In this document: positions 24,508-35,394 of the stretch, piece after piece | Numbering within the stretch: position 1 is the stretch's first letter | How the letters are laid out: the number at the start of each line of letters is the position of its first letter | DNA from: Octopus bimaculoides | Taxonomy: Eukaryota | Assembly (NCBI RefSeq): GCF_001194135.2 | Contig: NC_068991.1 | Coordinates: 8,690,930 to 8,754,929 of the forward strand | DNA length: 64,000 nt | Reading direction: 5' to 3' | Translations under genes and position numbers: made by a program | The notes under the pieces: generated by a model | Databases searched by the model: none | What the model was told of the DNA's origin: nothing | Seen by the model: the letters and a program-made list of their open reading frames with translations, nothing else

Positions 24508-25024
24508 CTAAATACAAAGAAAATAAATTGCATGAGTGAAAACAATGGAAGACTCATAACAATTATATTTCCCTGCAAACAAGTCAAACTTTTCAGACCA
24601 AAACTTACAGCCAAAAAGGATCAGTCAACTTATATACCCAAATAATTCTAAAGGTCCAAAAATTCATTATATACTATGTTGACTTCTGTGTCGAAAAATA
24701 CAGTATATATTATATTCTAAGATAATGTTAAGGGTTAATAGTAAGAACTTCTGTAATGTTACCTATGACTGAGGGCTATTAATATAAATCAACAACAGTT
24801 GTAATTGAGAGACTATCATTGTTATTAAATTGCAGGTTTTAGTAGCATGATTTAATTAATTACCAATGCAGTGAGCATTGAAGAGTAGAAGCTGAACTTC
24901 CTGGCTATCTAAGCTAATGAGATGGTCACGATCTTTGGTTGAAGCCAGTTTCACTCTGAATGTATACTGAACATTGAAATAAGAACAAGGTGTTGTCAGA
25001 AACAGAGATAAGTGAAACAACTGT

Positions 25025-25063
<39 letters not shown>

Positions 25064-25184
25064 TGAGAGTGAGAGTGAGAGAGAGAGAGTGAGAGAGAGA
25101 GAGAATGAGAGAGAGAGAGAGTGAGAGAGAATGAGAGAGAGAGAGAGTGAGAGAGAGAGAGAATTAAATAGGTTAAACATTTAC

Positions 25185-25206
25185 CAACTGAGATGTTTTC
25201 ATATCC
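25185..25206 (-). CDS. PTPN12: PTP-PEST-family phosphatase, 22-nt microexon (phase 0-1)
   Basis: TTTTTCTTCTTTTTCCAG|GGATATGAAAACATCTCAGTTG|GTAAAT encodes GYENISV. It bridges the phase-0 end at 26612 and the phase-1 start at 24507 and repeats the YENI motif of the previous exon. Confidence 0.7.
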
Positions 25207-25451
25207 CTGGAAAAAGAAGAAAAATCATAATTAGAAGAGAACCTTCATTTACAATAATTGTCATTAATACAGTTAAGATATAGGGTAGAGTATGAAAGAG
25301 AGGATATATATATATATATATATATATATGATATTAGGATAAATACTTTATAAGAATTTATCAAGTAGTTAGCGTGAAAAAACCTCATAAGGAAAAAAAA
25401 CAACATTTTTTTCCCCATAAATATATATAATTTAATTTATATAAGGGTTTA

Positions 25452-25546
25452 ACTATACAATAATGCCTCACACTCAGAGGGACTGTGCTTATTTTAGTAG
25501 TTTTGACTTATGGAGTCCCTCTAAGCATGAGGCATTATTGTATAGT
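25452..25546. repeat. 33-bp inverted repeat with 29-nt spacer (hairpin or MITE-like)
   Basis: 25452-25484 versus the reverse complement of 25514-25546: 30 of 33 bases match, and all three differences are transitions. Confidence 0.9.
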
Positions 25547-25567
25547 AATGCCCTTATATAAATTAAG

Positions 25568-25599
<32 letters not shown>

Positions 25600-25906
25600 A
25601 TGCACAGAGATGATATATAATGCATACAGAAATTATATATATATGTATAGAAATATATGTATAGTATACATGTAGATGATATATATATAATGCGTGCACG
25701 CACACACACACAGTGAGCCTCGACATAGTGTGGTGTCTGAAATTTCACTCACAAAGTTTCTGCCAATACTTTGGGCAAGTGTCTTCTGACTACAGAAGAT
25801 GACACTTAGCCAAGGTACCACACACTGATCAAACCCAGTACCATTAGGCTGTGATGTGATCTCCATAAGCACACACCTATTCTTGCACCCGTTTGTCTGT
25901 CTACTA

Positions 25907-26553
25907 CAGGGGTTCTCAACCAGGGTCCATATGGCCCTTCAGGTTGGGGGGGGGGGTCCATGTAAGATTTTGCTGTGAAATAAATTAGTTATACTTCTAC
26001 AATACACAAAACATAAAAAAAAAATTTTTTATATATAATTCCTGATAACATTTAATTATAAAAATATATCTTTTACTTGTTTCAAGTCATTAGACGGCAG
26101 CCATGCTGGGGCACCGACTTGAAGAATTTTAGTTGAATGAATCGACCCAGTAATTTTTTTCTGAAGTCTGGTACTTATTCTATCGATCTCTGTTGCCAAA
26201 CTGTTAAGTTATGGGGATGTAAACACACCAACACCGGTTGTCAAGCAGTGGTGGAGGAACAAACACACACATACATACATAAATAAATTCAGATATATAC
26301 ATGACAGCTTATTTCAGTTTCCATCTACCGAATCCACTCACAAGGTTTTGGTTGGCCTGAGGCTATAGTAGAAGACACTTGCCCAAGGTACCTGGCAGTG
26401 GGACTGAACTTGGAACCATGTGGTTGGGAAGCAAGCTTCTTACCACACAGCCATGCCTGCACCTATGATAATTTTTTGTTTCTAACATGGGGTCCAGTGG
26501 AATAAAATAGGAGTCAAAGATATCCAGACACAAAGAATGGTTGAGAACCACTG
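25907..26553. mobile_element. hAT-like MITE with a SINE nested at about 26070-26462
   Basis: Ends are CAGGGGTTCTCAACC and GGTTGAGAACCACTG. Flanks GTCTACTA and ATCTATAA look like a degenerate 8-bp TSD. Same family as 43645-43987. Confidence 0.6.
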
Positions 26554-26611
26554 ATCTATAACATAAAACCATAATTCCAAAAAAAACAACAAAAACCATT
26601 AAACAACTTAC

Positions 26612-26749
26612 AGGATCATCAAGATCACTGGACTTGGACATGCTGATGGTCTCATAGACATTTATATTTTCGTAGTGACTGATTCCCATCCCTTTCAAAT
26701 GGTTCTTGAAAATTTGCCGCACCACATAATGTGCGAGTTGGTATTGGTC
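26612..26749 (-). CDS. PTPN12: PTP-PEST-family phosphatase exon: end of catalytic domain
   Basis: TCTCTTCACAG|GACCAATAC...GATCCT|GTAAGT, 46 codons: DQYQLAHYVVRQIFKNHLKGMGISHYENINVYETISMSKSSDLDDP. Confidence 0.85.
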
Positions 26750-26794
26750 CTGTGAAGAGAAAAGCAAAATGGACAGGTAATAACACCTCTGGTA

Positions 26795-27210
26795 AATGCA
26801 AGAGATTATCACAGATATATGGTGTTAAATGCAGGTGATTATCACAGATATATGACGTTAAATGCAAGAGATTATCACAGACGTAAAAGCACCCACTACA
26901 CTCTCTGAGTGGTTGGCGTTAGGAAGGGCATCCAGCTGTAGAAACTCTGCCAAATTAGATTGGAGCCTGGTGTTGCCNNNNNNNNNNAATTAGATTGGAG
27001 CCTGGTGTTGCCATCCGGTTTCACCAGTCCTCAGTCAAATCGTCCAACCCATGCTAGCATGGAAGGCGGACGTTAAACGATGATATGATGTTAAATGCAA
27101 GAGATTATCACAGACATATGGTGTTAAATGCAGGTGATTATCACAGATATATGTTAACTGCAAGAGATTATCACAGATATATGGTGTTAAATGCAGGAGA
27201 TTATCTCAGA
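26795..27210. repeat. Roughly 33-bp minisatellite interrupted by an RTE 3' fragment (26883-27089)
   Basis: The unit GTGTTAAATGCAGGTGATTATCACAGATATATG is repeated on both sides. The insert ends in the ...CATGCTAGCATGGAAGGCGGACGTTAAACGATGAT tail. Confidence 0.85.
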
Positions 27211-27603
27211 TAATATGATGACAGTCAGTGAAGGTATGTGGGCTAGTGGTTAGGGTATTTGGCTCACGATCGTAATGATCATGAGTTCAATTCCTGGTGC
27301 CACGTTGTGCCCTTGAGCAAGACACTTTATTTCTCGTTGCTCTAGTTCACTCAACTGACAAAAAGGAACTGTACCTGTAATTCAAAGGGTCAGCCATGTC
27401 ACATTCTGTGTCACACTGAATCTCCCTGAGATATACGTTAAGGGTATGCTTGTCTGTGGATTGCTGTTCTGTTGATTGGATCAACTGGAACGCTCATCAT
27501 TGCCATAACCAATGAAGTGCCAGAGTGAGGCAGTAGATTGCCTCAGACAGAGATATGATGCTAGATGCAGTAACATTAATCTCAGAAGAGGAAAGATACT
27601 TAC

Positions 27604-27681
27604 AGGAGTTTGAACCATTGACTGTCGCTGGGTTCTCATAAATTTAATAATTTCACAAAGGCTAAAGTCTGGAGTGATTTT
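27604..27681 (-). CDS. PTPN12: PTP-PEST-family phosphatase exon (Q-loop)
   Basis: GTCTCTTTGCAG|AAAATC...ACTCCT|GTAAGT, 26 codons: KITPDFSLCEIIKFMRTQRQSMVQTP. Confidence 0.92.
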
Positions 27682-29159
27682 CTGCAAAGAGACAATAAAA
27701 AATGTAAAATTGATGGAGAATTTAAGATAAAATAGTTCCACTTTACAACACTGAAATAAAAGCAATATCTTTTTCTTTCTTCTATAGGCATGAAGCCTGT
27801 TGGGAGGGGGGGGGGCTGGTCAATTACATTGACTCCAATGGTACTTATTTTATCAAAGTTGACCTCAAACATAAAGCCACAAGAAATGCTACTATGCATT
27901 TAGTCCAGCATGCCAACAATTCTGCAGGATCGTTGACTTCAATAGTAGCAATATTAATAGAATGAACATGGATGACTAGTTTAATAGGGCATTGTATAAC
28001 TAGCTGAGAATTTGATAATATACATTATTATTGGCAAGTGTCAGATTTTATGGATAAAATCCAGTCTTAAAAAGTCAATTGATCTACTGGTATAAATTTG
28101 CAGTCCAACATAATTCAATTTCTCGTCTACAATAAATGTAGCTATTTTCTCACTGCCTTTGCTATAATGACCTCTGCTCTTCAGAGTAAATTATTCTCAT
28201 GTCGATACACTTATCTTTACTCATCTTATTCCCTACACTGTTTACTGACCACTATGCCCATTCCTGCCACCCCTAAACAAAGAATTCCCTTCCAACCTAT
28301 GTTTTCTTTTTTAAGTCACTGACTAACAACTGTTCCACAAGAACAACGGTGATCTCTGCAACCTCAGAAAATCATCACCCTTTGTTTGTAAGTCTTGTGT
28401 TTGCTTGTTTAGGGAAGGTTTAACACAAACCACTTTACAGAGTGTGTTAGGTACATTTTTTTTTTGTGGCACCAGCATGAAAGAGAGGTTGTTATGTCTG
28501 CAACAAGACTAAAGGATCCTCAAAACACCTACACTTAGAGTGCACTAGGTGCAGTATCAGGGAGAGAGAGGATAGCGGTGAGAGAACGGTCAATTGCATG
28601 AGGCAGATAAATGTTGATAGTGAATGATGGATGTCATACCAAATGGTCAGTGTGAAGTATAGGAGTGTATGAGGTCCAAGTAGGCCTGCTGATGAAATCT
28701 CTTAGGTGTATACCTCAAGATGGTGAGAGAACAAGGGTGGAAGAGCTGAGAGAGGGATGGTGGTGCATTGGGAAAAAGGTCTGATAGATCCTACGGCATC
28801 TCTAGTTATACTGGAAGCAATGTGTGGTGAGCTGAAGAGATCCACTGTGAGTTTGAGTCACATTATTAGCATAATATGGTGAAGTGGAGCATGAGCATTG
28901 GGTGTGAGTAACAAAGGAATGAGAAGTAAGGGGACAGTGACAAGGATGATTTACAGGTGAATGATGAGATATGTGATAAGAAAGGGTAAGTTATGGAAGG
29001 GTAAATTATATGTGTCTGTGGTCAGATACATATAGTTAAAAACTGCAAAATTGCAGCCTCTCCTACTGAGTTATTTCTGATTCCTGTGTCAGCTGAGCTA
29101 CATTTTCTAAGAGTAAATAAAAAGAGTGTACCAAAGATATCCTAATTTTTAATACTCAC

Positions 29160-29226
29160 ATTTGATTTCAGCAGATTCTGAGCATAATCTATGGCACAAA
29201 TAGTTCCGGTTCGTCCACAGCCAGCA
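29160..29226 (-). CDS. PTPN12: PTP-PEST-family phosphatase exon (P-loop, AGCGRTG)
   Basis: TTTTCTTGCTTTTAG|TGCTGGCTGTGGACGAACCGGA...TCAAAT|GTGAGT, 67 nt. With the previous exon it gives [25 protein letters not shown]. Confidence 0.95.
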
Positions 29227-30067
29227 CTAAAAGCAAGAAAAAGAGAAAGCACAGATCAAAGTCACTGTAGACAATATATCATAGAAACAGCATTTTAAGT
29301 GAAGAAGAAGTGGAAGAAGAAAGTGTCAAAGAACAGAAAGATAGATATGCTTCATGCATCATCATGTCTTTTAATCTCTTTCAGTCATTCACATGTCAAA
29401 TTAATATTACTATCATTAACCACTTTAAATTATTTCCTAATTAAAAGAAAAAATACAAAAAACAAAGAGCAAGTAATCTGGGAGCCCCAGCTTCAAGGTG
29501 GCCTTTTCATTCCCTCATTAACTGGGTTAACTTTATATCCTCCACAAATAGAGCTTAATTTTACTAGCTCCACCGAAAAGGTATATTTCAGAGTTCACCT
29601 TAGAGGTTTTGGATTTCAGGAATACCTCTCAAATAAGTATTAGCAACAAGGGTTGCAATTTTGCAATTGATAAGTCCCTAAATCCCCTGGAGGTCTTTGC
29701 GGTGCTGCAGCCATGCAACGTATTTAGAATGAGAAAGCCTGATGGAGCCCATCCCTCTCCAGGCTAAATTCATTTCTACAGCTGAGTGGACTGGAGCAAC
29801 ATGAAATAAAGTGTTTTGCTCAAGAACACAATGCATTGCCCCAGTCCAGGAATTGAAACCACAATCTTACAATCATGAGCCCAACACCCTAACCACTAAG
29901 CCATGTGTCCCCACGGTTACAGTTTAGGCCCCACCAACTGTGGTTTAATTCGAGGATTTGTCAACAGGTGTTGCATTTTAAACCTCAGTAAAAGGGGTTA
30001 CTTTTCAAGCTAAAATGCCTGTGTGTTTTGATCACTGGCTCATGGAAGTCGAACAAATATTAGTTAC

Positions 30068-30276
30068 CTGCAATGGACAACCACTGGAACATGTGGCCTC
30101 ACTCGTTCTCCTAACATCTGGATGGTCTGCAAGATAGAAGTTTGGTCCTCAACATCTGGCACACCATGGTCAGGCCATTCAGCGAGATGAAGTTGGGTGA
30201 TATGTTGTACAGTGTCCCCTTGTGTAGCGGTCATCTGGCGCACAATGAAGTCGGATGAGTGCTTGATTTCATTGAC
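30068..30276 (-). CDS. PTPN12: PTP-PEST-family phosphatase exon (WPD loop to catalytic Cys)
   Basis: TTAATCCTCAG|GTCAATGAA...CATTGCAG|GTAACT, 209 nt: VNEIKHSSDFIVRQMTATQGDTVQHITQLHLAEWPDHGVP...PVVVHC. Confidence 0.93.
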
Positions 30277-30699
30277 CTGAGGATTAACAAACAACAACAA
30301 GATGAAGGGGCTGTGAGCCTTTGGCAAATGTCTGTATGTGGAAACTTGCTTGGCTGCACCTGTAACAGTTGAACTCATACAGGTGTATACTTACCTGATC
30401 TATACTATAAATATAGAAAGACACAGAGTTACACATTCAGAGAAAGAAAAGATCAGGCAGAGACAAATGTACACATACACCACTGTACATATATACTCCT
30501 GATTGAGTAGTTTTATGCTCAAAGCATTCAAGTGTGACTAACAATCCTAAGATGTTTTTTTAGTTTTTAAGGAGCAGATTATTTAAAACTACAGCATGTT
30601 CTTCATTTCAGATAGTAAAGTTTGATAAGTAGTAATTTAGGCACTACTTCTAACAGGTGAAGTGACCATTTTGAAACTCCCTCATAAATAAAAATAAAT

Positions 30700-30946
30700 G
30701 TGCCCTTTTAAAGCCTAGCCAGGTTCATGGGCCTGGTCTCCCGGTTTCAATGGCGTATGTGTTCCCCAGCTGGACGGGACGCCAGTCCATTGCAGCATTA
30801 CTCATTTTTGCCAGCTGAGTGGACTGGAGCAACGTGAAATGAAGTGTTTTGCTCAAGAACACAATGTGTCGCCTGGTCCAGAAATCGAAACCACAATCTT
30901 ACGATCATGATGCTGACACCCTAACCACTAAGCCACGTGCCTCCAC
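30700..30946 (-). mobile_element. tRNA-derived CORE-like SINE, best-preserved copy
   Basis: The reverse complement is GTGGAGGCACGTGGCTTAGTGGTTAGGGTGTCAGC...GGTTTCGATTTC...TTGTGTTCTTGAGCAAAACACTTCATTTCACGTTGCTCCAGTCCACTCAGCTGGC. Confidence 0.8.
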
Positions 30947-31154
30947 GAAGCTCCCTCATAGGCTTAGTTAATTCTTATTTTATTAGATGGAATGCTCTAG
31001 AATAGCATTAAGGTTTTAGTGTGTTGGGTTAACAATTTGATAACGTTTGCATTTTCTCTCCACTTAATGTTGATTACCACAAAGTATTCCATCCAATGCG
31101 AAATGATTCAATGAATCCATTTCCCTTAGCCAAGACAGAGGAGACAGTACTTAC

Positions 31155-31223
31155 CAATTTAACTTCAATGTTGCCAAATAACTTGGTTTCACTGTCTTTA
31201 GGCCAATATCGCTCACATTTTGG
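31155..31223 (-). CDS. PTPN12: PTP-PEST-family phosphatase exon (KCERYWP)
   Basis: TCTTTCTTTACAG|CCAAAATGTGAGCGATATTGGCCT...AAATTG|GTAAGT, 23 codons: PKCERYWPKDSETKLFGNIEVKL. Confidence 0.95.
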
Positions 31224-31997
31224 CTGTAAAGAAAGAAAGAGAGGAAACTGACTGAAATTTTAATGATGAAAAGGATGATGGGCAGACAGAATGAAGAAAT
31301 GAATCCAGAGAAGATGAGAAATCAAGGGATTAGATAAGGATCAAAGTTAGTTATGTCATTTCTTCCACACCATTTTACATTCGTTTTTCCATGCTTGCGT
31401 GGGTCAGATGGGATTTGTTGAGGCAAATTTTCTACACCTGTCACTTTCACTCCTTTCCAGGCAAGGTAATTTTCCCCATGGATGACTGGAAATGAACAAC
31501 ATTGCTTTTTATGACGGTGGTGCTTGTTTACAACCATCATGTGATGTCAAGAGAAGGGTATGTGTACACAAACACACAAATATGCATGCACATTTACTAG
31601 TTTCCATCTAGCAAATCCACTCACAAGGCTTCGGTCAGTCTGAATCTATTAGAAGAATACACTTGCCTTAGGTGCTGTGCAGTAAGACTGAACTAAAGAC
31701 CATATGGTTGGAAAGCAAACTTCCGAACCAGACAACCATGCTTGCATCTGTAGGACTAGATATTTGCAACACCAATTCTCTCATCTCATTTTCATACAAG
31801 CAAGATAAGCATGCTGATAGCAAGGACACAGAGAACTGCCTTCAAAAACACCAAATTCAAAAGCTCCCAAAACAAGGAGTAGCTTACCATTCACGTTGGG
31901 TAGTTGAGTGGAGTTCAATGAAAATGTTCCTGATTTTAGCACCTTACTCATGCAACAACAACAACAATATAGAACAGAGATTGGAATTTTACTTTAC

Positions 31998-32132
31998 CTT
32001 GTTACCTTCTTCTTCCTTACAGCCCATCACAACAGTTTCAACATCTAGTTCCATTATCATTCGCCAAAAATCTGCAACTGTGTTGGGTAATGGTCCTTGG
32101 CAGGCAATATATCCATGGCCACTAACTGCAGA
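31998..32132 (-). CDS. PTPN12: PTP-PEST-family phosphatase exon (YIACQGP / DFWRMI)
   Basis: GATTCTTCTAG|TCTGCAGTT...AACAAG|GTAAAG, 45 codons: SAVSGHGYIACQGPLPNTVADFWRMIMELDVETVVMGCKEEEGNK. Confidence 0.93.
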
Positions 32133-33044
32133 CTAGAAGAATCCAAACACAACAAATTCCTGAATGTCTAACTAAAACAACATGATTAGTTATAGGTAAA
32201 TATTCTGCTAAGATATTAGTGTAACTACTATTAGACATTGTAAGCACCAATTTTAGATAGAAAACTGCAGCAATACCATCTTTTGTTGTTCACTTTTCAG
32301 CACGAGTCAAACGGAATTTATTGAAGGGGTTTTCTATAACACACTATGTTGTCCCTAACCCTCAGTCTAAAAAAAGCCCAAAATATTTATAGGCACCGAC
32401 CTTCTTTAATTTAAGAATCAAAATTTTATACATATATAGGCTTGGCGATGCAATCAGAAAAAGCGGAACTCAAAACATAAGTATATATATATATTTTTTA
32501 TTATTTGGCAGAAGTAAGAGAATGACTCAAAGCCTAAGTGTTTCATATGTTAGTGATATGATAAGTGCTAACACTCAAAACTCTTGACCTTTGAGTCACA
32601 CTGTTACTTCTGCTGAATAGCAATAACATACACACACACTCACAAATTTCTCCGAGTTGGATTTAAATCTTACTTTATATGTACACCCAGAACCATGCTA
32701 ATAGCTTAGGAGTGAAATTTAGGATTTCTTGGTTTTCTGTGAATTGATTTTGGTAAAATTTTTCCCAACTGGTTTGCACATTATGGCAGAACCATTGTTA
32801 TGTTTTCATTATTCTGTGTAACGTCCTTTCTTCTTTATTTCAGATTCTTCAGTTTTTGGGTGAAACATGCCAATACCGTCTCTCCTCTCTCAGAACAATG
32901 GGACATGGAAAAGGGCTTAACGATGAAGTCTGTGATCATCAAAGAAAGTGCTAAAGGCACCTATCTTCATGTCATTGTGGAGAAGTTAGGTTATCATGTG
33001 GACAAGGTTAGATGATTCCTGAAGGACACACACACACAGAAGCA

Positions 33045-33427
33045 CATACATGGCTATCTGGTAAGAAGTTTGCATCCCAACCACATGGTTCTAGGTTCAG
33101 TCTCTGTGTGAGTTTTGGGCAAGTGTCTTTTACTATAGCCTCAGGCTGACCAAAGCCCTGTGAGTGGATTTGGAAGACAGGAACTGAAAGAAGCCTGTTG
33201 TATAAATATATATGTGCATGTCTTTGTTTGTTCCTCCCTCACAACTTCAAAACCAGTGTTGGTGTGTTTACATCCCAATAACTCAGCAGTTCAACAAAAG
33301 AGACTGATAGAATAAGTACTAGGCTTAAAAACGAAGAAGTAAGTCTTGCGGGTGATTTGTTTGACTAAAACCCTTCAAGGTGGTGCTCCAGCATGGCTGC
33401 AGTCAAACACCTGAAACAAGTAAAAGA
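33045..33427 (+). mobile_element. SINE-like repeat of the 55357-55753 family
   Basis: CATGGCTATCTGGTAAGAAGTTTGC...GGGCAAGTGTCTTTTACTATAGCCTCAGGCTGACC...GGTGCTCCAGCATGGCTGCAGTC...GAAACAAGTAAAAG. Confidence 0.75.
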
Positions 33428-33447
33428 ATATATATATATATATACAT

Positions 33448-33601
33448 NNNNNNNNNNNNNNNNNNNNNNNNNNNNNNNNNNNNNNNNNNNNNNNNNNNNN
33501 NNNNNNNNNNNNNNNNNNNNNNNNNNNNNNNNNNNNNNNNNNNNNNNNNNNNNNNNNNNNNNNNNNNNNNNNNNNNNNNNNNNNNNNNNNNNNNNNNNNN
33601 N
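33448..33601. other. Assembly gap (Ns) inside (TA)n; other gaps at 26978-26987, 46537-46802 and 59011-59103
   Basis: Runs of n in the sequence. Confidence 1.
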
Positions 33602-33709
33602 NTATATATATATATATATGTTCTTTTCTTTTCTTTTACTTGTTTCAATCATTTGACTGCGGCCATGCTGCAGCACTGCTTTTAGTCAAACAAATTGACC
33701 CCCAGGGTC

Positions 33710-34022
33710 ACATACACGTATATATACATATATATATATATATACATACATGTGTATATACACATATATACATGTATATATATACATGTATATATACACA
33801 TATATACATGTATATATACACATATATACATGTATATATACACATATACACATGTATATATACACATATACATATATATATATACACATATACATATATA
33901 TATATACACATATACATATATATATACATGTATATATACACATATACGTATATATACATACATACATACATACATATATACATACATGTATATGTATATA
34001 CATATATATATATATATACATC
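33710..34022. repeat. Compound (TA)/(CA) higher-order microsatellite
   Basis: Repeated TATATACACATATATACATG-type units. Confidence 0.95.
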
Positions 34023-34458
34023 TAATATAAGATCTGAATCCAGCTCTGAGAAATTTCTTTTTATTACCAAGCCTATTTCACATAGTATTATCACAAACAA
34101 TATTTTACTAACTGCTTTTTTCCCACCTGGCATGGGTTGAACAACTCTGCAATATAGTACATCTCCCATTATTTTCACATCAAGCTATTTCCATTTCTGA
34201 AGACTTTCCAATATTCTTGGATTTGACCTGACTACTTCTCAAGTAAAAGTTATGAGAGGTAGTGGCATTATTATTTTCAAAATTAATTTAAATGCATTAT
34301 CTAACGAATTCATTAGAAATATGAGAACAAAAGCGTAAAACTGTAAATATCAGATTAAACATTATAGAATCACAAACTGTCATACTCACCCCCATATATT
34401 CCAATAAAATATTTCCTAAAATTGAGGATTACAAAAGAGATTAAGAAGGGGTACTTAC

Positions 34459-34535
34459 TTGGATATAGTTAGCATTAATGTAATCCGAGCCAGGTACATT
34501 TGGGATGGATTTTAACTTCACCCGGGTGGCATCAT
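34459..34535 (-). CDS. PTPN12: PTP-PEST-family phosphatase exon (DYINANYI)
   Basis: CATTTTTGCCACTAG|ATGATGCCACCCGG...ATCCAA|GTAAGT, 77 nt: (Y)DATRVKLKSIPNVPGSDYINANYIQ. Confidence 0.95.
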
Positions 34536-34748
34536 CTAGTGGCAAAAATGATAATAAAAAGGAATTGGTTGTATAGAAACTTAAAAATGAAGAAACAGAA
34601 ACACAAATGTTGTCTTAGCTGAGAAGAAATGGTGCTCATCTCTGATTTCTTGATGTTAAGGGAATAAGAAATAATAACAAACTTGAATAGGATTCTAAGT
34701 TACTTGAGTTAATCTGATATCTTTTTGTAAGTACTGTACATACAGATA

Positions 34749-34972
34749 GTGGAGGCGCAATGGCCCAGTGGTTAGGGCAGCGGACTCGCGGTCATAGGAT
34801 CGCGGTTTCGATTCCCAGACCGGGCGTTGTGAGTGTTTATTGAGCGAAAACACCTAAACCCCACGAGGCTCCGGCAGGGGATGGAAACGAACCCTGCTGT
34901 ACTGTCTCACCATAACTTTCTCTCACTCTTACTTCCTGTTTCTGTTGTGCCTGTAATTCAAAGGGCCAGCCT
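34749..34972 (+). mobile_element. tRNA-derived SINE, 5' portion
   Basis: GTGGAGGCGCAATGGCCCAGTGGTTAGGGCAGCGGACTCGCGGTCATAGGATCGCGGTTTCGATTCCC carries the A and B boxes. Same family as 14230-14580. Confidence 0.8.
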
Positions 34973-35354
34973 CTCAATGATTAGCCAGAGATGATTTTTA
35001 AAATGAGAGTATCTGCAAAACTCGACTGCTCTCCCAAATGAGAATACTAAAAATGAACCCGACTGCTCTCAAAAGTTAAGTAAAAAAAACCCAGAAAAAA
35101 TAAAAAATAAATCCAGAGTCCTCGTCCGGTACCAGATCGATCCCAAAATCTAATCAGTTTGTGCCAGTCATGAGGACAAACATCTGTGAAAGTTTCATCT
35201 GAATGTACTTTTTAGCACGAGACACACACAGAAATATGCACACACAGAGAAAGAAAGTCATTAAAGTTTATTAATTAAGGATGATTGACAAACACTTTCT
35301 TCTGTCTTAATATGCATAATGAGGAATATGCCCACACACCTCTCTTATTCTCTC

Positions 35355-35394
<40 letters not shown>

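Noticed and set aside
26953-27012. Direct duplication AATTAGATTGGAGCCTGGTGTTGCC either side of a 10-N gap
   Set aside because: Typical contig-overlap artefact.
26795-27210. 33-bp repeats as a CRISPR array
   Set aside because: The units are contiguous with no unique spacers, the context is eukaryotic, and there are no cas genes.
33365-34178. Cluster of YIYI/HIHI ORFs and X-containing ORFs (also 46436-46924 and 58874-59191)
   Set aside because: Translations of dinucleotide repeats and N gaps.
34749-34830. tRNA-like sequence (also 40062-40135 and reverse copies)
   Set aside because: A/B boxes are present, but there is no acceptor stem closure and the sequence continues into SINE bodies; these are SINE heads, not tRNA genes.
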